Shown: positions 18,745-28,588 of the stretch, in pieces | Numbering within the stretch: position 1 is the first letter of the stretch | How the letters are laid out: each line of letters starts with the position of its first letter | From: Eubacteriales bacterium | Lineage (GTDB): Bacteria; Bacillota; Clostridia; Lachnospirales; JAKSVV01 | DNA: 63,343 bases | Direction: 5' to 3' | Assembly (NCBI GenBank): GCA_031549455.1 | Contig: JAVBPT010000020.1 | Span: forward strand, 1-63,343 | Made by a program: the position numbers and the translations under genes | Notes under the pieces: model-generated | Told to the model about the DNA's origin: nothing | The model's database searches: none | The model's input: only the letters and a program-made list of their open reading frames with translations

Positions 18745-19412
18745 TTACTGTGGGCCAAGCAATGACAAGAGTGCTGGTTGCCTTCGTCTTATCATTCCTA
18801 ATCGGTCTTGATCGGGAAAAAAACAAGAGGCCAGCAGGACTGAAAACACACGTTATTGTTGCACTTGGATCCTGTCTTGTGACAGTGGTTCCTTTTATTT
18901 ATGCCGATACTTATGGGGTGGATCCAACCAGAATCCCTGCACAGGTTATCAGCGGGATTGGGTTCCTGGGAGCGGGAACCATTCTTCGGTATGGAGAAAA
19001 TGTGGTGGGACTAACCACCGCTGCGACCTTATGGGTGAGCGGTTGTATTGGAGTGGCAGCAGGCTTGGGAGAGGTTAGCGTTTGTCTACTGGTGACCCTA
19101 CTCATATTTGTTGTGCTGAAGATTGTCCCCTATTTTGAAAGGAAATTTTTTGCAAAGAAATCAGACTTTCAGATCTCAATGAAGATGCATAATGATAAGA
19201 ATGAACTCCTGTTTATCTCAGATATGATGAAAAACAATGATATCAGTATCCGTGCGGTACATGTGGACCTTGATGAACACGGACACAAACTATTTAAGTT
19301 TAACCTTACGGCAAAGGACAAAGAGGCACAGCAGAACTTTATGGAAAAGTTTGCGCTTCTTGATAACCTACATTTTAAGCAAGAAGAAACGGAACTTAGT
19401 CCAGAAGACTAG
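18741..19412 (+). CDS. MgtC/SapB family membrane protein
   Basis: IGLDRE..RPAGLKTH, DPTRIPAQVISGIGFLGAGTI, GLTTAATLW. Confidence 0.95.
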   Translation: MITVGQAMTRVLVAFVLSFLIGLDREKNKRPAGLKTHVIVALGSCLVTVVPFIYADTYGVDPTRIPAQVISGIGFLGAGTILRYGENVVGLTTAATLWVSGCIGVAAGLGEVSVCLLVTLLIFVVLKIVPYFERKFFAKKSDFQISMKMHNDKNELLFISDMMKNNDISIRAVHVDLDEHGHKLFKFNLTAKDKEAQQNFMEKFALLDNLHFKQEETELSPED

Positions 19413-20530
19413 GATCCAGAATCTATTTTTTGATAAATTTTCAAGGTTTCTCTCGCACAATCTTTCCAGTCAAACTTCATGGCCTGTTTCAGGCCTTTTT
19501 TTGCGAGTTTTTTTCTGAGATCATCATCATAATATAAACGCTCAATATGTTCGCTAAATAACGCAACCTGCTTTGTATCAATACAGACCGCAGCATCTCC
19601 CACAATCTCAGGAAGGGAGGTATAGCAAGAGGTAATCACAGGTGTTCCGCAGCTCATTGCCTCTAGTGGTGGGAGTCCAAACCCTTCATAATAAGAAGGG
19701 TATAGGAAGAATAGAGCTCCGCTATAGAATATTGGAAGATCAGAGTCAGGAACGAAGCCAGTAAAAATCACCTGCTTTTCTATTTTCAAGTCCGCGCACA
19801 TCTTTTTTAGGGATTCGACCTCTTTCCCATTTCCAAGCAGCACAAGCTTCAGACTAGAACTGCTTTTCTTAACAAACTTTTCAAAGGCATAAAGCAGGTT
19901 TTTAACATTTTTCCTTTTATTAAAGCCCCCAATGTATAAGATATAAGACTCCGAAAGGTGATACTTTTGTTTTAGGTACTGTTTCACTCTGGAAGGATTT
20001 AGGGGTTTATAGATCTTATTTTTCCCCTCATAGATCACAGTGATCTTACTTGGATCGATATGATAATGTTCTATGATATCATTTTTGGAGGCATTGGATA
20101 CGGTGATGATATGGTTGGATTGTTCAAGAACCTGGGGTAGCCTTTCGGCAAATTTCTCATAGTAGCTTACGCCGCAGGACTCGGGGTCGATGACAGGAAT
20201 AATGTCATGAACGGTCACAATGCATTTTGTAGAGGTGTTAAGGGGCATATCCAACCCGTTTTGAGGGATGTGATACACATCAGGCTGAAAGTGCTTTAGA
20301 AGCTTTGGAATATATACTTGGTCGGAGATTTCTTTCGCATTTTTGGGAAACAGTTGGATATGAATATTCTTCCTAAAAAAAGGCTTTGGAATTTCATTGT
20401 TATTCCAAAAAAGGGTGTAGATATTTTGCTTATCGATCTCCACCAAAGAGTTGATTAGGTTTTCTGTGTAAGTGCCTATGCCCGTATATTTATATAAAAC
20501 GGCAGGACGTGCATCCATACATATATGCAT
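19409..20530 (-). CDS. Glycosyltransferase family 4 (GT-B)
   Basis: TGIGTYT, TVHDIIP, RKNV, YEGFGLPPLEAMSCGTPVI. Start moved to ATG 20530 (RBS GAGGT); the track's extension overlaps the next gene. Confidence 0.92.
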   Translation of the reverse strand: MHICMDARPAVLYKYTGIGTYTENLINSLVEIDKQNIYTLFWNNNEIPKPFFRKNIHIQLFPKNAKEISDQVYIPKLLKHFQPDVYHIPQNGLDMPLNTSTKCIVTVHDIIPVIDPESCGVSYYEKFAERLPQVLEQSNHIITVSNASKNDIIEHYHIDPSKITVIYEGKNKIYKPLNPSRVKQYLKQKYHLSESYILYIGGFNKRKNVKNLLYAFEKFVKKSSSSLKLVLLGNGKEVESLKKMCADLKIEKQVIFTGFVPDSDLPIFYSGALFFLYPSYYEGFGLPPLEAMSCGTPVITSCYTSLPEIVGDAAVCIDTKQVALFSEHIERLYYDDDLRKKLAKKGLKQAMKFDWKDCARETLKIYQKIDSGS

Positions 20531-20646
20531 AACGACCTCAGTTCCTGTTCTTGATTCATTATATGAGCCAAAACCATAAATCTTTCCACCCCCTTCCCAT
20601 TTTTTAAAAAATGTGATATGATTACAATAGTTTGGAGGATTTACAA

Positions 20647-21306
20647 ATGAAGATAACAAAATACAATCAGTCTTGTTTACTGATTGAATCGGAGGGGGGT
20701 CGTGTATTAGTCGACCCGGGAGATAAAGAATATAACAGTGAGCTAGTAGAAAAAGAGTGGGTGAACATTGATGGTATCCTTGTGACGCATAAGCATACAG
20801 ACCATATCGAACTAGGCGCCATTGATAAAATTTTGACCAGAGATAAGGCCATCTTACATACATCAAAGGAAGTAAAAGAAAAGCATAAGCTAAAGAGCTG
20901 TCACGTTGTGGCGGCGGAGGATGTTTTTAAGATTGGGAACTTAAATATTGAGGTAACCTATGCGTTACATGGATACCTTCCCAAAATGAGAGGGAATGAG
21001 GTTCTTGAGAATATAGGATTTATCATAAAAGACTCCAAAACCAGGCTTTATATAACCAGCGATACGATTGGCTTTCCAAACAATTATAAATGTGATGTGA
21101 TTTGTATGCCATTCAATGGAGGGGGACTTACGCTTGGGGTGTACGATGGGGCTCTCTTTGCTAAAGAAACCGAAGCAAAGCTTGTCATACCAGTTCACAC
21201 AGAACATCCTATTTTAAAAGTGGATATTGATGAAGTACAAGCGAAGCTAAAAGAAGAGGGAATGGAGTGCCAATATCTAGAAGTATTTGAGAGTATTATT
21301 CTATAG
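20647..21306 (+). CDS. Metallo-beta-lactamase-fold hydrolase
   Basis: VLVDPG, THKHTDH (HxHxDH), ALHG, SDT, IPVH; RBS GGAGG. Confidence 0.9.
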   Translation: MKITKYNQSCLLIESEGGRVLVDPGDKEYNSELVEKEWVNIDGILVTHKHTDHIELGAIDKILTRDKAILHTSKEVKEKHKLKSCHVVAAEDVFKIGNLNIEVTYALHGYLPKMRGNEVLENIGFIIKDSKTRLYITSDTIGFPNNYKCDVICMPFNGGGLTLGVYDGALFAKETEAKLVIPVHTEHPILKVDIDEVQAKLKEEGMECQYLEVFESIIL

Positions 21307-21353
21307 CCTGTAGAAATATGTCGAAAAGTTTTTCGGGGAAAACATAGAGAAAC

Positions 21354-21388
21354 AAAAAGCTGGGATTAGCTTAAATCCTGGCTTTTTT
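21354..21388 (+). terminator. Intrinsic terminator
   Basis: aaaaagctgggatt...aatcctggctttttt. Confidence 0.7.
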
Positions 21389-21527
21389 GAATGCATCAGA
21401 ACCCAAAATAGATTTTGATATTATAGTAATAAAATTTTAAAAGGAGAACACTAGACAAATAAAAAAATGAGTATAAGATAGGAAGTATCTTTTTGTTGAG
21501 AAATGTACAATTGTGTTTGGAGGTACT

Positions 21528-22913
21528 ATGGATTCGTTTTGGGAGTTTTTTAAAATGACATTGGTGATAAACATGTATTTTGGTCTTGTTTTTGCTTATG
21601 TAAATTTATTTGAATTAAAAATATTTATGGATATCAAATGTAAAAATATCATGAAGTATGTATTGAGTATTGCAGTCATGCTAGTTATCGTAAATATTTT
21701 TTTAGATAATTTGTCGAGAATTTCATATGTACTCTATGAGGCTGATAGCGCCGTTTTGTTTATTATAAAGTTTGTGCTCATGGCACTTACCCTCACGGTA
21801 GTCAATAAAATATTTTTCAAAAAGAGTTTTCTATATCTTTTTTTGCAGAGCTGTATCATGTTCGGGTTATTGAATATATCAGATTTTCTACAAATAAAAT
21901 ATAATCCTTTAATAGAATTAGGGAGCGAGGTTAGATTTAAAATAATATCAGATTTTCAGTTTTACTTTATTATTTCATCTATATCTTTATTGATTACTGC
22001 AGTGATTATCCTTGTGATCTATTTGATCCGTTTGTTTATTGATAGGTTACTAATAAACAAAAAGACAAGAAAAATTGTACCATATACGATTTATGCAATT
22101 TTTAGTTGTTATATTGTATACATTGTTGTTTTGAACATGATTGATATTGCGGGTTTAAGAAGTAAAAGTGAGCTGATAATTAGTAATACGCTTATCTGTT
22201 TATTCCTCTTAGTGTCAGTGCTCTTTATACAAATAATAAATAAATATCATATTGTAGATGATGAGAATGAAAATTTAAAAGCGTACTCGGTTGCAGTGGA
22301 TGGAAACATACTGGAGCTTAGACGATTTAGACATAACTATTTAAATATTTTAAATACCATGTTTGGGTATATAACAACGGATGATATGAATGGTCTGGAA
22401 GTCTATTTTAATCAGGTTTTAAATCAAAGCGAATCGATGAGAAATTTAACTTTAAGTGGTCTAGAAAAGATCATGGACCTACCATTAAAAAGCATTTTGG
22501 CTATAAAATTGAACAACGCTACAAGTAAAAATATAAGCATAGAAGTGTATGTGCCTAGAAGTTTTAAAATGTACAACATTGAGCTATGTGACTTATGTGA
22601 AATGTTGGGGGTATTTTTAGATAATGCGATAGAAGAATGTGAAAAGGTATTAGAGAAGACTCCCAAAATTCTAGTGAGTTTTGAAAGGGATTATGAGAAT
22701 AGTATTATAACCATTGAAAATACATATCACGAGAAACCGGAACTGAGCGATTTATATAAAATGGGGGTTTCAACGAAAGGAGAAAATAGAGGTGTAGGAT
22801 TAGTAAGTGTTCAAAAGATTATAGAAAGACATAAAAATGATGTCACGTTAAATACTAGACTTGATGAAGAAAAGGAATATTTTGTTCAAGAATTAAAAAT
22901 AAAAAGGAATTAA
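21528..22913 (+). CDS. agrC: AgrC-like (HPK10) membrane sensor histidine kinase
   Basis: About 7 TM segments; H-box RRFRHNYLNIL; LGVFLDNAIE; G-box STKGENRGVGL. Confidence 0.88.
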   Translation: MDSFWEFFKMTLVINMYFGLVFAYVNLFELKIFMDIKCKNIMKYVLSIAVMLVIVNIFLDNLSRISYVLYEADSAVLFIIKFVLMALTLTVVNKIFFKKSFLYLFLQSCIMFGLLNISDFLQIKYNPLIELGSEVRFKIISDFQFYFIISSISLLITAVIILVIYLIRLFIDRLLINKKTRKIVPYTIYAIFSCYIVYIVVLNMIDIAGLRSKSELIISNTLICLFLLVSVLFIQIINKYHIVDDENENLKAYSVAVDGNILELRRFRHNYLNILNTMFGYITTDDMNGLEVYFNQVLNQSESMRNLTLSGLEKIMDLPLKSILAIKLNNATSKNISIEVYVPRSFKMYNIELCDLCEMLGVFLDNAIEECEKVLEKTPKILVSFERDYENSIITIENTYHEKPELSDLYKMGVSTKGENRGVGLVSVQKIIERHKNDVTLNTRLDEEKEYFVQELKIKRN

Positions 22914-22942
22914 AAACTGGTGTGCGTACATACCAGTTTTTT
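22912..22942. terminator. Bidirectional terminator between convergent agrC and agrD
   Basis: aaaaactggtgtg-cgta-cataccagtttttt, A tract on one side and T tract on the other. Confidence 0.85.
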
Positions 22943-22951
22943 GTTGCAATA

Positions 22952-23062
22952 TTATTCAATCATGCATTTAGGCATTTTAGGTTCTTGCAAATATGCAAAC
23001 GGACAACTAGATGTTGAATGAGTTGCAGTGAACAGTGCACCTTTTACTAATAACTTCAACAT
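22952..23062 (-). CDS. agrD: AgrD-type cyclic (thio)lactone autoinducing peptide precursor, 36 aa (absent from ORF track)
   Basis: Translates as MLKLLVKGALFTATHSTSSCPFAYLQEPKMPKCMIE*; RBS GGAGGG; leader, then Cys, then EPKMP tail typical of clostridial AgrD. Confidence 0.9.
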   Translation of the reverse strand: MLKLLVKGALFTATHSTSSCPFAYLQEPKMPKCMIE

Positions 23063-23357
23063 AATACCCTCCAAACTCTTCTTTTCTACTTAATTCTACT
23101 ATTTTTTAAAAAGGTTATATTAAAAAACATATCAAATGGACATAAATTTTTATGAGTGGCTAAAAAATATAAAAAGGTTTTTGCTTGCGTTGCTTTTGAA
23201 CGGCCTTAATCAGTGGAAAATACGAATTGCACAGAAATATCTATGAGTAAAAAAAGCAAAAAAAAATACGCTCCCTATTCAATATACTGCAACTTTTATT
23301 CAGTAATAGCTCAATAAAGCTCCGCCTTTGTTATATTTAAGGTGGAGGTGTTGAATT

Positions 23358-23981
23358 ATGGAATATACAGAGAGAATTGCTTTATGGTTAACTGATAAAA
23401 TTGCGAAGAAGGGAGGCTACTCGGAAACAGAACTCGAGAAAATAAAATACGGAATTCATCTAAATTTAATGGGATTGAATAAGGGCGCTGTCATCTTTAT
23501 TCTTTCATATTTACTGGGAATATTCAGAATAACTTTAATAGGGTTTATTGCTTTTTCGCTATTTAGAACCTATAGTTTTGGTATGCATGCAAAAAAAAGT
23601 ATATTTTGTTTAAGCTCATCAATATTAACATTCGTAGGCACTGCCTACCTCATCCATTTTTTTAAATTAGAAACGTCTTATGTACAGGTTGGAATTTCAT
23701 ATATGATTATCTTATTGAGCGTGATGATCTATGCACCTGCAGACACAGAAGAGAGACCCATCTTACCCAAGTATCGGGATCAAATGAAAAAAAGAGCGAT
23801 TCGGAATACGCTCATTGCATTCACTATTTCGCTACTTCTGGTTTATCTAGATATGAAAATGTACGCCACCTCATTCTGTGTTATGGGACTTATAGAATCG
23901 ATGATGATCAATCCGATCACTTATATGATCTTTAGGCAGAGATATAATAATTACATTTACTATTTAAAAGGCGAGTATTGA
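23358..23981 (+). CDS. agrB: Accessory gene regulator B (AIP-processing peptidase)
   Basis: KIKYG, FRTYSFGMHAKKSIFC (catalytic His/Cys), IYAPADTEERP; RBS GGAGGTG. Confidence 0.93.
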   Translation: MEYTERIALWLTDKIAKKGGYSETELEKIKYGIHLNLMGLNKGAVIFILSYLLGIFRITLIGFIAFSLFRTYSFGMHAKKSIFCLSSSILTFVGTAYLIHFFKLETSYVQVGISYMIILLSVMIYAPADTEERPILPKYRDQMKKRAIRNTLIAFTISLLLVYLDMKMYATSFCVMGLIESMMINPITYMIFRQRYNNYIYYLKGEY

Positions 23982-23992
23982 CTCGCCTTTTA
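23965..23992. terminator. Bidirectional hairpin overlapping the agrB and whiA stop codons
   Basis: taaaaggcgagt-attg-actcgcctttta. Confidence 0.8.
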
Positions 23993-24838
23993 ATGTAACG
24001 CTTCAGATATATCCATGATTTTTCTAAGCCTATGATTTACACATGACTTTGAAAGGCCTACTAGGGACGCCAACTCAATAAGGCTTAAATCTCGATTATT
24101 CAACCTGGCTTCCGCCACCTCTTTTAGCGGGATGGCCAGATAATGGATCCCTTTTAACTTGATTATCTTTTCAATCGCTTTGATCTGTCTTAGTGAAGCA
24201 TTCACAGTTTTCTTAATATTGGATGTTTCACAGTTTATTTCCCTATTAATGACATTACGGACATCTTTTACAATCTTTGTATTCTCAAACGCCATAAGGG
24301 CATCAAAAGCTTCCACAATGCTAAGAAATTTACTGATCTGTTCAGAGTCTTTTAGATATAAGACGGAAACATTTTTTCTTCGTATGGATTTTACATGAAC
24401 CTCAAAAGAAAAAAGAATGTTCTGGATAAAGGTTTTATCCTTACTCTGTAAAAGAGGTATTTCAAGGTGATATTCTTTTGAGGGATCTTGTATATAGCCA
24501 CAGATTAAAAATAAAATCTTTATGTATTGTTTCTTATGGTCTGCACTCATATCTTCAGCGGTACATTTTTTGTGGTGTACCTCACTGATATCTCTCATGA
24601 TCTTCTCATCCTTGATCTCAATGGTATTTGATTTAGACGAATGTTTTAGGTTATAATAAAAATGGAGATCATAAATAAATCGTTCGAGTAATCGTTTGTT
24701 TTCAGATTTAAAGTAATACTTTCCGTCCTTTACCCAAACGAGATAGCGATAAAATACCTCTAACTCACATTTTACAATGTATCTGCTAGAAGGCACGTTT
24801 TCAAAGATCTCTTTTTTTACATCCTGACAAAAAGACAT
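23990..24838 (-). CDS. whiA: DNA-binding protein WhiA
   Basis: MSF..VKKE, DPSKEYHLE, YLKDSEQI, RNVINREINCETSNIKKT, SKSCVNHRLRK. Confidence 0.93.
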   Translation of the reverse strand: MSFCQDVKKEIFENVPSSRYIVKCELEVFYRYLVWVKDGKYYFKSENKRLLERFIYDLHFYYNLKHSSKSNTIEIKDEKIMRDISEVHHKKCTAEDMSADHKKQYIKILFLICGYIQDPSKEYHLEIPLLQSKDKTFIQNILFSFEVHVKSIRRKNVSVLYLKDSEQISKFLSIVEAFDALMAFENTKIVKDVRNVINREINCETSNIKKTVNASLRQIKAIEKIIKLKGIHYLAIPLKEVAEARLNNRDLSLIELASLVGLSKSCVNHRLRKIMDISEALH

Positions 24839-24839
24839 C

Positions 24840-25319
24840 TTAGTACGATGCCTCCCTAATAATGAACTTTTCTTCTTCTTTGGTTAAAGAGAAGAGGCCG
24901 GTTGTAAAGATTTCTGAATCAAGGCTTGAAAAATCTCCGTAAATTTTTGGATACTCGATATATCTCGCAACATTACTATCTCTTACAAAAACCAGTAGAT
25001 CCACGTCACTTTTAAAAGAAATATTGGTCTTATAGACATCGTCCCAATTAAATCCAAGAGCTGCCTCAATGTTTTCACATGAGGTTAAAGCAGGAAATAC
25101 ATGCATTAGATCCCATTCCTCCGGAACAATATCTTTAAAATTTAACATAATGGTACTATTGTTTACAAGGTTGCCAGCAAATGTCTTGATCTTTAACGCA
25201 ATCCTATGATCTTCTACTTTCTTATTTACATAGTACGTCCCATAAGCAGCCGCAGCAAGACCTGCAACCACGCCAGCACCTTTTAGCACAAAACCGAATA
25301 GTCCCCTTTTTTTACTCAT
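24840..25319 (-). CDS. Hypothetical membrane-anchored protein
   Basis: RBS GAGGAGGG, N-terminal hydrophobic helix, directly upstream of whiA. Confidence 0.75.
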   Translation of the reverse strand: MSKKRGLFGFVLKGAGVVAGLAAAAYGTYYVNKKVEDHRIALKIKTFAGNLVNNSTIMLNFKDIVPEEWDLMHVFPALTSCENIEAALGFNWDDVYKTNISFKSDVDLLVFVRDSNVARYIEYPKIYGDFSSLDSEIFTTGLFSLTKEEEKFIIREASY

Positions 25320-25503
25320 CTAAACCCTCCTCTATAAAATATTTGCTTCTATTTTACTATAATAATTATTATTGTCAAATGATAAAAATATATGATTATT
25401 TAAACCCCTATTATTATCATACCACTTTTTTGGCATTTGGCAATCATTTTATTAGAAAATGGATGCCCTTTGCTTTGCAACAAAAGAGCTGCAAAGCAAA
25501 GTA

Positions 25504-25531
25504 TTGACAAAAGGATTATTAGGAATACAAT
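25504..25531 (+). promoter_or_regulatory. Sigma-A-type promoter for cheW-mcp
   Basis: TTGACA-16 nt-TACAAT. A divergent TTGACA-16 nt-TAAAAT lies at 25351-25378 on the minus strand. Confidence 0.6.
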
Positions 25532-25572
25532 AAGGTCATATATTGTAGAAAAATGGGAGGGAGAAGAGTGAG

Positions 25573-26046
25573 ATGGAAGACTTAAAAGGCAGATATTTGA
25601 CATTTATTCTCGAGAATGAAGAGTTTGGCATTGGGATCAATCGCATAGTGGAGATTATTGGAATGATGCCAATGAGTGAGATTCCAAAATCCTTGCCTTA
25701 TGTAAAAGGGATCATCAACTTAAGAGGAAGAATTATACCGGTGATTGATCTGAGGCTTAGACTGGACAAGCTTGAAAAGACATATGATGAGAGGACAAGT
25801 ATCATTGTGGTTGAACTCACACAGGAGGAAGGGCAAAAGCAAGTAGGATTTATAGTGGACACAGTAAATGAGGTGGCAATCATCCAGGACGTCGACCCGC
25901 CTTTGGTAGAGAATATCAATGAAAGGATACTGCTTGGGATAGGGAAAATCGAAAGCAGGGTGATTATGCTGCTTGATATTGATCATATACTTACAGAAAA
26001 AGAAACGGAATATTATGCAGAACAAAACAAAGCGGAGGAGAACTAG
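25573..26046 (+). CDS. cheW: Chemotaxis coupling protein CheW
   Basis: YLTF, EEFGI, VKGIINLRGRIIPVIDLR, GFIVDTVNEV. Confidence 0.95.
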   Translation: MEDLKGRYLTFILENEEFGIGINRIVEIIGMMPMSEIPKSLPYVKGIINLRGRIIPVIDLRLRLDKLEKTYDERTSIIVVELTQEEGQKQVGFIVDTVNEVAIIQDVDPPLVENINERILLGIGKIESRVIMLLDIDHILTEKETEYYAEQNKAEEN

Positions 26047-26092
26047 ATCTTTATCAGAGTATGATGTTTAAAAATTATAAAAGAGGTGTAAC

Positions 26093-27184
26093 ATGGACAT
26101 TTCAAAAAAAGAGACCAAAAAAATAAGAGGAATAGCGATGTTGAATCTGGTTCTACTAATCGCCATCTGTGTTTTGAGCTGGATGAACATAAGCAAGATT
26201 GTGGTTATTTTTGTTGCAGTCATAATTTCCGTAAGCACAATATTAAGCACTCTATCGCTGAAACAGATTGATGAAAAAATGTATTGGTTTATCAACATTT
26301 TGGATTCAATTCCTTTTCCAATCTCAGTAACAGATATGAACATGAATTGGACTTTTGTAAACAAACCTGTTGAAGGAATGCTCTCTAAAAAAAGAGAAGA
26401 GCTAGTGGGCAAACATTGTAGCAATTGGAATGCCAATATTTGCAACACAGAAAATTGTGGGATTGCGTGTTTAAGAAGAGATATTTTACAGACCACATTT
26501 GAACAAGCGGGTATGGGATTCCAGGTGGATATTAGTTACCTACATAATCTAAAAGGTGAAAAAACGGGGCATATAGAGGTCGTACAGGAAAATACAAACA
26601 ATGTAAAGGTGCTTGTGAGTAAGCAAAAAGAATTGATCACGGCGCTTTCTGGCACAACCGGTGAGATTACTTCTTTTATCGAAGAATGTTCACAAAATGC
26701 CAAAAATGCGATGAGTAGTACAAATTTCCTATTGGAAAAGACAAACGAGGGAAATGAAAAAATAAATCGTTTAACAGAAGCAATGAATGAAATAAGTAGC
26801 TCCTCTAGTGAGATATCGAAAATTGTTAAAACGATTAATGATATTGCTTTTCAAACCAACATTCTAGCACTCAATGCAGCGGTGGAAGCGGCTCGAGCCG
26901 GCGAAGCGGGAAAAGGATTTTCGGTTGTTGCAGAGGAGGTAAGAAGTCTTGCAGGAAAGGCAGAGGAAGCCACAAAAATAATTACAAGCCTGATCCAAAC
27001 ATCTTTTGATTCGATTAAACACGGAGATGGGATTGCCAAAGAGACGGTGGCAACATTTAATGAAATTGTGGAAGAAGCCAATAAATCATACCAACTTATT
27101 AAGGATGTTGCCAATACAACCGAACAGCAAGCGGACGGAATCATGCAGGTAAATAGGGGATTAGAACAGATCGTACAGTTATAA
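26093..27184 (+). CDS. Methyl-accepting chemotaxis protein with PAS domain
   Basis: Two TM helices; [55 protein letters not shown]. Confidence 0.93.
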   Translation: MDISKKETKKIRGIAMLNLVLLIAICVLSWMNISKIVVIFVAVIISVSTILSTLSLKQIDEKMYWFINILDSIPFPISVTDMNMNWTFVNKPVEGMLSKKREELVGKHCSNWNANICNTENCGIACLRRDILQTTFEQAGMGFQVDISYLHNLKGEKTGHIEVVQENTNNVKVLVSKQKELITALSGTTGEITSFIEECSQNAKNAMSSTNFLLEKTNEGNEKINRLTEAMNEISSSSSEISKIVKTINDIAFQTNILALNAAVEAARAGEAGKGFSVVAEEVRSLAGKAEEATKIITSLIQTSFDSIKHGDGIAKETVATFNEIVEEANKSYQLIKDVANTTEQQADGIMQVNRGLEQIVQL

Positions 27185-27256
27185 TCACAAAAGAAGTGGA
27201 AGGATAGAATTGTGTTTTGGGAAAATATGTGATAAGCTTACGAAAAAAGAGGCAGT

Positions 27257-28519
27257 ATGAGAATAGAAGAGGCAGAAAAATATTATAAGGATACAACGGT
27301 AATCAACAAGTCAGAGCTGGGCCTAGACAGGATGAATAAACTAATGGAAAAGCTGGGTTCTGTACAAGATCAGCTGAAGATTATCCATGTGGCCGGAACA
27401 AATGGAAAAGGAAGCACTGCTTCCTTTATTTCAGAGATTTTGATGGCGAGTGGATATAAGGTGGGAAGTTACACCTCACCCTCCCTTGTTCGCTACAATG
27501 AGAGAATCAGGATTGATCGAGACGAAATCAAGGATGAAGAGGTTGTAGAATACATAAAAAGGATTAATGCTTCGGGTGTTGTGGCCACAAGGTTTGAGGT
27601 TGAAACCGCCATGGCATACCTATATTTTTATGAGCAAAAATGTGACTTTGCAGTGATTGAGGTGGGTCTCGGAGGAAGGTTTGATGCCACAAATGTGGTC
27701 AAACAACCAGAGATTTCAGTCATCACCAGTATTAGTTTTGATCACATGGATCTGCTTGGCGATACGATCGAAAAGATTGCCTTTGAAAAAGCGGGTATTA
27801 TTAAGAAGAATTCAGATGTGGTCCTTTCAAAACAAAGCAGAGAGGCAGAGAACGTGATCAGAAGGGTATGTGCAGAAAAAGGGTCCGCCTTATGGGTGAC
27901 CGCTCCGGAAGAGACGACGCTCGTTGGATATGATCAGGAAAAGCAAACTTTTAACTATAGATGGGTTCAAAACATTCAGATTGCAATGCTTGGAACCTAT
28001 CAGGTCGGTAATGCGGTCACCGCAATCGAGGTCTGCTTAAATCTTAGAGACAAAGGATACGCCATTACAGAGAAAACAATGAGAGAGGGTCTAAAAAATA
28101 CCAAGTGGTCAGGGCGGTTTGAGAAAATCTTAAATGATCCTGTTTTTTTGATCGATGGTGGGCATAATACAGAGGGAGCCATGGTGCTCAGAGAGTCTAT
28201 TGATCGATATTATAAAGATCATCCCATCATTTTTATTGTTGGCATTTGTAGGGATAAAGAGTACCGAAAAATGCTTTCAATGATCCAAAAAAATGCGAAA
28301 TTTTTTATTGTGATCGAGGAAGTGTATGAAAGAATACTGAGTGCGGTAGAAATGAAAAAGGTTTTGGAAGAAATGGGACACACCGTGTTTGTGAAAAAAA
28401 ACATAGAAGAGGCGGTTTCATTTGCACTTTCAAGCGCAGAAGGAAATGACATCATCTGCGCCTGCGGATCACTATATTATATTGGATATGTAAAAGAATG
28501 TATAATTGGAAAAAATTAA
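27257..28519 (+). CDS. folC: Folylpolyglutamate synthase/dihydrofolate synthase
   Basis: HVAGTNGKGS, EVGLGGRFDATN, IAFEKAGIIK, DGGHN, CGSLYY. Confidence 0.96.
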   Translation: MRIEEAEKYYKDTTVINKSELGLDRMNKLMEKLGSVQDQLKIIHVAGTNGKGSTASFISEILMASGYKVGSYTSPSLVRYNERIRIDRDEIKDEEVVEYIKRINASGVVATRFEVETAMAYLYFYEQKCDFAVIEVGLGGRFDATNVVKQPEISVITSISFDHMDLLGDTIEKIAFEKAGIIKKNSDVVLSKQSREAENVIRRVCAEKGSALWVTAPEETTLVGYDQEKQTFNYRWVQNIQIAMLGTYQVGNAVTAIEVCLNLRDKGYAITEKTMREGLKNTKWSGRFEKILNDPVFLIDGGHNTEGAMVLRESIDRYYKDHPIIFIVGICRDKEYRKMLSMIQKNAKFFIVIEEVYERILSAVEMKKVLEEMGHTVFVKKNIEEAVSFALSSAEGNDIICACGSLYYIGYVKECIIGKN

Positions 28520-28588
28520 AAGTATGAAAGCAAAAGAATTGTCTATACTATAACCGATGGCAAACATCACAAATATAGGAGGCAATTT

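Noticed and set aside
20531..20866. 112-aa N-terminal extension of the glycosyltransferase in the ORF track
   Set aside because: It overlaps the MBL gene on the opposite strand; there is a good RBS and a family-typical start at 20530.
25400..25603. 67-aa minus-strand hydrophobic ORF
   Set aside because: It overlaps the cheW start and promoter, has no RBS, and its hydrophobicity reflects AT-rich intergenic DNA.
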